From NCBI GenBank assembly GCA_030167865.1, contig JALAGF010000901.1, forward strand, positions 1 to 37,423: DNA of 37,423 bases, read 5' to 3'. Both the position numbers and the translations under genes were made by a program. The stretch is from Craspedostauros australis (lineage: Eukaryota). Shown here one piece after another: positions 30,616-37,423 of the stretch; position 1 is the stretch's first letter, and each line of letters starts with the position of its first letter. The notes beneath the pieces were generated by a model. That model did no database searches and was not told the origin of the DNA. It saw only the letters and a list, made by a program, of their open reading frames with translations.

Positions 30616-32109
30616 TTACTCCTTCTTCTTTTTCTTGTCCTTTTTCTTCTTCTTTTCCTTCTTGTCCTTCTTCTTCTTGGGCGCATCATCGCCGCTGCCA
30701 TCATCGTTCGACCTCTTCTTGGTGTCCGTGGCCGGCGTGTCCGGTGCGGAATCGCTCCCATCCACATCCATCGCCTGCGATTGCTTCACCGGCGTCGACG
30801 GCGCGCCGCCCGTTCCCTGCAGACCCGGCGGCCTGGATTTGGAGTAATCCTTGTAGGATTTGAGGTAGTCCTTGGGCGTCTTGTCGTTGGGCTTGCCGTG
30901 CTTGTCGAGCTTGCCGTCCTTGATGAGGGACTTCTTGCGCTGCGCCATGGGCCCCAATCCCCACCGGCGCGGGTAGACGTCGCGTTCCATGATGACGCGC
31001 TTGATCTTGGCGACGACGCCGTGATCGACCGTGGCCATGACGGCCGTGGTCATCTGCGCGATGGCGACGGCGATGGCCTCTCCCTTCGTCGTCATGAGAA
31101 CGACCTCCGTGCCGATCTCGATGCCGTCGGCGAAGCGCAGCAGGCCGGGGATCATGAATTTGGCGCCGTAGCAGATGGCGTTGACGGCGGAGTCCTTGAC
31201 GACGATGCGCTTGAAGTTGGTGAGGAGGACCTCGAGGGGCAGGACGACGCGGCGCAGGTAGGTCTCGTCCTTCGTGGTGTCGTAGACGTGCTGGGCATCG
31301 AGGACGTCGTGCATGGTGACCATGTTGTCATCCTCGCCGAGGACGCCGCTGCGCACGCGGCGCAGCTCCTGCATGTGGCCGCCGGTGCCGCACAGCAGAC
31401 CGAGATGCACGCAGAGGGTTCGGATGTAGGTGCCGGCCTCGCACTTGACCCAGACGATGCCGAGGTTGCGGTCCTTGTCGAATTCGAGGAGCTTAGATTC
31501 GTAGATGGTGCGGATGCGCAGCTGTCGCTTGACGGCGGAGATGAGGGGAGGTCTCTGGAAGAGCGCGCCCGTGAGGGTCTCCACGGATCTCTGCAGCTTG
31601 GAGTGCTCGCAGGCGCCATGCAGGCGCACGATGCCGACGTACTGCTTTCCGGCGCTCTGCTGGGCCTTGACGAGCCTCGTGGCGCGGTCGATGCAGACGA
31701 TGAGGCACCCCGTGACCTTGGGGTCGAGGGTGCCGGAGTGGCCGGTCTTCTCCACGCGCAGGATCCTCTTGATCCAGCTGACGACCTCGTGGCTGCTGGG
31801 ATTGGCCGGCTTGTCTAGGTTGATGATGCCGTAGCTCAGGTGCTGCTTCAGGCTGCGGGCCAGCGGCGAGCTGCCGTTGGGCAGCGGGGTGTAGTGCGAC
31901 GTGCGGATGTGCAGCTCATGGTAGTTCTTCAGCAGCAGGGGCCACTTGGAGGTGTCCAGCTTCGGCGTGGACTTGGAGGGCGGGATCAGCGCGGCTCCGC
32001 CATTGTTGCCGCCATTGTCGCTACCACTGCCGTTGCTGCTGGCTGAGCCATCTGGCACAGCCTCGCCGGAGCCATCCGACTTCTTGCGCTTCTTGCGTTC
32101 TGTTCCCAT
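30616..32109 (-). CDS. CBF5: Dyskerin, H/ACA snoRNP pseudouridine synthase (497 aa)
   Basis: [64 protein letters not shown] domain ([14 protein letters not shown]) and Lys-rich C-terminal tail. Confidence 0.97.
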   Translation of the reverse strand: MGTERKKRKKSDGSGEAVPDGSASSNGSGSDNGGNNGGAALIPPSKSTPKLDTSKWPLLLKNYHELHIRTSHYTPLPNGSSPLARSLKQHLSYGIINLDKPANPSSHEVVSWIKRILRVEKTGHSGTLDPKVTGCLIVCIDRATRLVKAQQSAGKQYVGIVRLHGACEHSKLQRSVETLTGALFQRPPLISAVKRQLRIRTIYESKLLEFDKDRNLGIVWVKCEAGTYIRTLCVHLGLLCGTGGHMQELRRVRSGVLGEDDNMVTMHDVLDAQHVYDTTKDETYLRRVVLPLEVLLTNFKRIVVKDSAVNAICYGAKFMIPGLLRFADGIEIGTEVVLMTTKGEAIAVAIAQMTTAVMATVDHGVVAKIKRVIMERDVYPRRWGLGPMAQRKKSLIKDGKLDKHGKPNDKTPKDYLKSYKDYSKSRPPGLQGTGGAPSTPVKQSQAMDVDGSDSAPDTPATDTKKRSNDDGSGDDAPKKKKDKKEKKKKKDKKKKKE

Positions 32110-33194
32110 CGTGGATCTAATTACATGCAGAGCAGAGTACTCTATGACGCTGCACTAATTGTATTGGTCTGGCAATGCCTCAGAGTATTGCAGCAGAGCA
32201 GTCAATGTGGATGCAGATGGCAAGTGTAGGATGGCGCGCAAACTCTTGTGGTCTGTGTGTGTGGATTTGATGGCGCTGGTTTCCTCACATGATCTTGGTT
32301 GACGCCAACAACAGGAACAGGAACAGGAACAGCAACAGTTGTGGCAGTTGCGCCAATCCACACGAATCGAAACCAGATTTTGGTCGGTCCACAGGTCGTC
32401 AATCCTTTTCTCGCGATGTTGATTGGCTTTGGCTGATACGAACGATGACAGACGTAATATATGGCGCTTATAATTCTAGTTGATTACTGATCATGATATT
32501 TGCATTCTGTGCGACGCACTGCAACAACGAAGTAAGATTGCGTTCTTCCACATCAATCCAGACATGCCATGATATTGCACTAACAACTTATAAACTGGAC
32601 AACAAAGCTTTGGAACAGGGATGTTCTACGCAGATGGCTCAGTTCTACTGCGCTGTCATTGAGCTGTTTGTTTTGGAGTGGGGTTTTGGTATTAGTTTAC
32701 AGATTTGTGCTTCTCATCGTCTCATGTGATGGAAGCAGTTGCTCAACATGCAGCGCATTGCGGGACGCGAGCACATGTCTCACCCCGCAGACTCGTGTTT
32801 ATGACATCCTGTGTTTGCCATCGTCGTGTGTCGAGACACGCAAAGCCGTGCATGCTTACTTGTGTCACAGGGGGTTCAAAGGCGCCTCATGCACCGGTTC
32901 CGTCACCGTCGTTTGAAGGTTGAGGTTTGGTGCTTCGTCCACCCCCACTGCCCTCGAAACTCGGTATCTGCTTCACTTTCACAAGCAATACAGATAGAGT
33001 GGGCTTCTTACACAGTGCCTCTTCTCACCCAAAGAGTTTTGCGATCAAAGGAAACAATGGCGAGCCAATACAAGGGTGTGTTGTGGGGGGTGATGCCACT
33101 ACGTGCATGGTGTGTGCATGTGGAAGCTGCGTATCGTATCGTATCGTGTCGCGATGCAGCGCAGCGGAAGCAACGGGGTGCGCTTGAGAAATGT

Positions 33195-33750
33195 CTAATG
33201 AGCGGCACCGTAGTTTGGCACGTCGCCTCCACCCAGCTGGTAGTCTCCCTCTTCCATTTCCTCTGCCTTGTTCTGCGAATCATACCAAATTCCAATAACC
33301 GAAACGATGAATGTGAAGATGAATGTACCGAATGCTCCGAACGCGCTTTCCTTCGCATGATCGACTTCCTCGATACCGCCGATGAAGAATGGCTGTGTCG
33401 TCAGCATCATACCGACCCAGAACTGTTGGGATATAAATGTGATGGTATTGTTTATGGAACGAAAGCGTGGATTAATGTGTGAGATCAAGATTCGAGAGCT
33501 TGGCTAGATGGTGGAGAGAAGCGAGCACAATCCGCTACGCAACGCAATCCAAGCCAACGGCAGCGCACCAAGAGCCGTTGATACTCAACCGTGACCGCGC
33601 CAACGGCAGCTCGAACTCCAAGTCGATCCATCAGAGCGCAAAGTCACGCCGCAGGAACCGATAGTCGACGAGGCAACTCACTGTGAAGAGGGCTCCGACG
33701 ATGGAGTAGCCCATGCAGCATCGTGACGTAGCACCAAGATCGGAGCACAT
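33195..33750 (-). CDS. Small two-TM protein, RNASEK / V-ATPase subunit f-like, 2 exons, 98 aa
   Basis: Exons 33750-33682 and 33422-33195; intron GTGAGT...CAACAG. Product MCSDLGATSRCCMGYSIVGALFT-FWVGMMLTTQPFFIGGIEEVDHAKESAFGAFGTFIFTFIVSVIGIWYD... The gene model is good. The family call rests only on size, the CCxxxS..G start of TM1 and two-TM topology. Confidence 0.7.
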
Positions 33751-35039
33751 GTTCTATTTCGGTGTTTGGGGTATTGGGGTATTGGAGTACTGGAGTGTTG
33801 GTGGCTTGTCGAGGATGGACGGAGGGAACGGCGTGGTCGCTTTGGTATGAGGGTTGCTGTCAAAGAAGATACCTTGGCCTTGTTGATGTGATGTGGGGTG
33901 TTGCGGAGTGTTGCGGAGTGTTGCTGGGCTTGAGTGGTGGATGGTCAATGTTGTTGGTTTCGTTGGTTTGTTTAACTTGATTTGGCTGCTGTCGTTGCTA
34001 TTTCCGTTGCTGCTGGTGCTGTTGATTCAGGCAGTTTCAGGAAACAAGAAACAACAGCAAAGACAAGCAAAGAACGAAACAGAGAAACCAACCACGGAAG
34101 CCAAAATACGAAATCCACCATGGCGTGCCTGCTGCTGTCGTTGCTGCCGCTGTGTTGTTGGCGCCTGCCGTCGTATCGCGCCACGACGCTGTCGTTGTTG
34201 GGAGAAGACTTCGGCACGCGGACGAATAAAACGAACGCTGGCTTGGTTGGCGACATATTAATGTATTCATCATTGAATGTATTTAATTCACGCTGGACAA
34301 TGATGCGCATTGACTCATGCGATCACTACGATAAAGTACTGAATCAATCTCGAACCAAAACGTGCACTAATCCAGTCGTGCATAGTTGTGCTGATGGAAA
34401 GGAGAGAACAAAATGCGTCACGATTCGAACTCGGTCGCAAATGCCCACTCACAAGTTTCAGTTGCGATGATGGGTGGTGGGTGATGGTGGTGATGTCGAT
34501 GACTGCCACATCACAACAGAACTCACACTGACACACACCTTGACATTGCCATCAAGTCGTCTACGACCAGCACACCCATGGACATGGGGAGAACGAGAAG
34601 AACTTGGTGATGATGTTTCGATGACGATTTCGCATCGTTCTTGTTCTTTTTTGACGAGATGGAGCTTGCACAGCACCCAGGTTTGCGTGTGGGGGCGGGT
34701 GGGTTTGGCTTGGTTGCTGGTGAAGATGATGGTAATGATGTGTGATGACCGATGCCTGATGGCTGGTTTCTGTGGTGGTTGGTTTGCGAAGTAACGAGTT
34801 GGTTGGTGACGATGCGTGATCATGGCAAGCACGCTCCAAGTCCAACACAGCACGCATCGACTCAGCAAATCTCCATCGTCGGCCCTTGTCATCCTCATAA
34901 AAAGCATCAGCATCAACAGAAAGCCATCAACAGAAAGCCATCAATAGGAAAAAATTCACCAGTCACCCCAGCAGCATTCCAGATACATCCAAGTACAAGC
35001 GCATCCATCTCCCCAAGATCAAACGAAAAGAACAAAAAC

Positions 35040-35090
35040 AAACCAAACCAAACCAAACCAAACTAGATCAAATCAAATCAAATCAAACCA
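35040..35090 (+). repeat. Pentanucleotide microsatellites (AAACC)n and (ATCAA)n in the 5' leader of the AKR gene
   Basis: aaaccaaaccaaaccaaaccaaac followed by atcaaatcaaatcaaatcaaa. Confidence 0.85.
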
Positions 35091-35096
35091 AGAACA

Positions 35097-36612
35097 ATGA
35101 AGTTGGATACCACCGCAATCTCGGCAGCACTCCTCGTTGCTGCAACAGTCCCAACATCGCATTCCTACGTCGCGGACGTCTCGTCAGCTGCCAGAAACCA
35201 TCATCCATCGAAACCGCCATCCAATTCGCCGGCCCTCTTCGACACCTCCAAGTTGGGGAACTTGGAGGTGCCCTCCGTCGGGGTTGGAACCATCTCATGG
35301 TCTTCCACAAAGTGTACGTACGGTGTATAGTTGCCATAGCGCATCGTTGTGAACAGCGAGGCCTTGATTCACTCCCAATTCTCATGCACACATACGTATC
35401 ATACTCGCTCAATTTCTCATTTATCCGCCTTCCATTTCTCCATCTGCCTTTTGCACTCGAATCCATCCCGGCAATCCGCGCTTCCGTCGTTGCACACATC
35501 ACGCCTCTCTATTCTACGCGCTACATCCAACAGGCGGGTCGTTGGAGAATGAAGAACTCCAGCAGGTCGTGGATTTGGCGCACACATCCAACGCGGCCTT
35601 TTTGGATACCGCCGAGCGGTACGGATCGCACATGAAGACGGCGTTCGGATTGGGATATCACGAGACGGAAGAACTATCCGCCGTGCTGCTCGACAAGGCC
35701 GTGGCCGTGCATGGTCAGTCGGAACGTCCAGCCATCATCGCCACCAAGTTCACCCCCACGCCGTGGCGCACCACGGTGCAAAGCGTCGTGGATGCCTGCG
35801 AAGCATCGCGTCAAAGCCTGGGTGTGGATCAGATCGATCTGTACCAAATCCACATGCCGGACATTGTCAAGCCGTTCCGATTTTTGGGGCAGGATGAAAC
35901 ATTCGACAAGGTATACTGGGACGGCATCGCCGAATGCTACCACAGAGGATTGGTCAAGAATGTGGGCGTCTGCAACTACGGTCCTACCTTGCTGGCGCAA
36001 TGCCAGGAACATCTTGACATGCGGGGCGTTCCGTTGGCCTCCAACCAGATCGGATATTCCTTGCTGGGACGTCACAATGGTTCCCAGCAGACCTTGGACT
36101 ACTGTCGCGACAACGGCATCGACGTGTTGGCATTCTACCCATTTGCCATGGGCCTTCTGACAGGCAAGTACTCCACGAAGAATGCGGATACCGTCGCTGC
36201 CGCTTCCAAGCTGTCGGGCATCGAGAAATCGCTGCGCAACAGCAAGAAGAGCAGGCTCGAGATGACGGATCTTATGCGGTACGCCAAGGGTGATGGTAAG
36301 GACATCCCGGAGGGTGGCATCACGCCATTGCTGTCCGTCATGGAACGCGTCGCTGAAGAACGTCAAAAGACCGTGGCGCAAGTAGCGCTGAATTACATCA
36401 TCTGCAAGGGTGCCATCCCAATTCCGGGTGTGCGATCGGTGGCGCAGTTGCAGGACAATCTAGGAGCCATGGGGTGGCGCCTGACGGAGGACGAGGTTAC
36501 GATGCTCGAGCTGGAGGCCGACAAGCTGGGATTCGGATTTGATGGCGCTGGCTTCAAGCGAACAAGCGAGAAGTTTGTCGGGTACGGCGTCGAGAAGTTC
36601 TCTTTGACTTGA
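35097..36612 (+). CDS. Aldo-keto reductase (pyridoxal reductase PLR1-like), probably plastid-targeted, 2 exons, 431 aa
   Basis: Exons 35097-35313 and 35534-36612; intron GTACGT...CAACAG restores the frame. Motifs GVGTISW, LDTAERYG, IATKF, LGVDQIDLYQIH, VGVCNY, SNQ and IPIPG. Signal peptide ends SHS-Y (ASAFAP-like aromatic +1), followed by a Ser/Pro-rich transit peptide. Confidence 0.9.
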
Positions 36613-37423
36613 GCGCACGAATACGTGCATACGTGCATACTCCCTCTGAGTGAGTGCCCGTTCCATGCGGGCACCACACAACGAAGTGCGCTGAATCTCA
36701 AACTGAACCTGAACCGAAAGCGGCAGCAGCACAATCACATCCATTTTACATATAATAGACGGAAGCTTCTGTGCTTACATATACCAAACGCGAACGTCGG
36801 CGCAACACCACAGCAAAGCGATGAAATCCTGCAACGAATGACGCAAATACATATGACCCCGTTGCAGATAAACCACATATGCCCCATCGAGAGACCTCGT
36901 GAGGAGCTCGAGGTTTGTTGTCTCTAAACACAATATAAACCACATAGATGTCTTCATAATCTTCTAAAACCTATACCTGGAGACTTTGAGCTTCATAGAA
37001 GGTATGGTTCAAGAGATATGATATAACTTATTTTGATGCCCCTAGCCTTCCCCTCTCGCAGTTTTCCGCGTTGTGTGCTTGGTTCGTGTTTCGCATTCAC
37101 GGGGATTTTGACGGGTGGGTGTCCAGACTTCGGTTTTTCCACCTTCCTCTCTCAAAAATCACACATCACATTTTGCGCGCGGATGTTGTGTGTTGTAAAC
37201 ATGTGCTGCTGGTGGCGGATTGGAGCCCCTCAGCGTTTGCTTCTTCCTTGCCTCTAGCCATTCTCCCAATCTTCAACCAACCACGACGCACTCCCCGTTG
37301 TACACAGCCTCCTTTCACCCTCACCCTCCTAGTAGTATCGCATCATATCGCCTCTCTCTCGTTCGCTCTGTCGTTCCGTCCATGATTCTTCCTTTCGTTC
37401 CACTTGTCTCCGATCGGTGAAAG

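Noticed and set aside
30781-31818. Long antisense ORFs over dyskerin (likewise 2851..3957, 14169..15089, 28635..29501, 35674..36381)
   Set aside because: Expected shadows of codon-biased or repetitive coding sequence on the opposite strand.
33900-35040. ORFs between the RNASEK-like and AKR genes
   Set aside because: Low-complexity, Cys/Trp-rich translations with no motifs. More simply a divergent promoter/UTR region.

Overview
Eukaryotic nuclear DNA, very probably from a diatom. This is inferred from Ty1/copia elements, a non-mitochondrial nucleotide transporter, an ASAFAP-type plastid presequence, RxL-containing secreted precursors and GT-AG introns of about 220-260 bp. Bases 1 to about 9.9 kb are a nest of degenerate Ty1/copia sequence. 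A gag-pol element there is interrupted by an inverted solo LTR of its own family, which is itself interrupted by an AGTT...AACT element. The element also carries a 206-bp insert with a tRNA-like Pol III unit. The gene-rich right part encodes, in order: a secreted Cys-rich/mucin-like protein, an NTT, a four-gene minus-strand cluster, dyskerin (CBF5), a 98-aa RNASEK/V-ATPase subunit f-like protein and a plastid-targeted aldo-keto reductase. The most interesting feature is the four-gene cluster. Two plasmepsin V/ASP5-like membrane-anchored aspartic proteases, one lacking its first catalytic Asp, bracket two secreted Ser/Asp/Pro-rich silacidin-like precursors whose units each follow an RRL/RLL motif. 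This is a candidate protease-plus-substrate locus for RxL maturation of diatom wall or extracellular peptides. All family calls come from motif recognition by eye; no searches were run.
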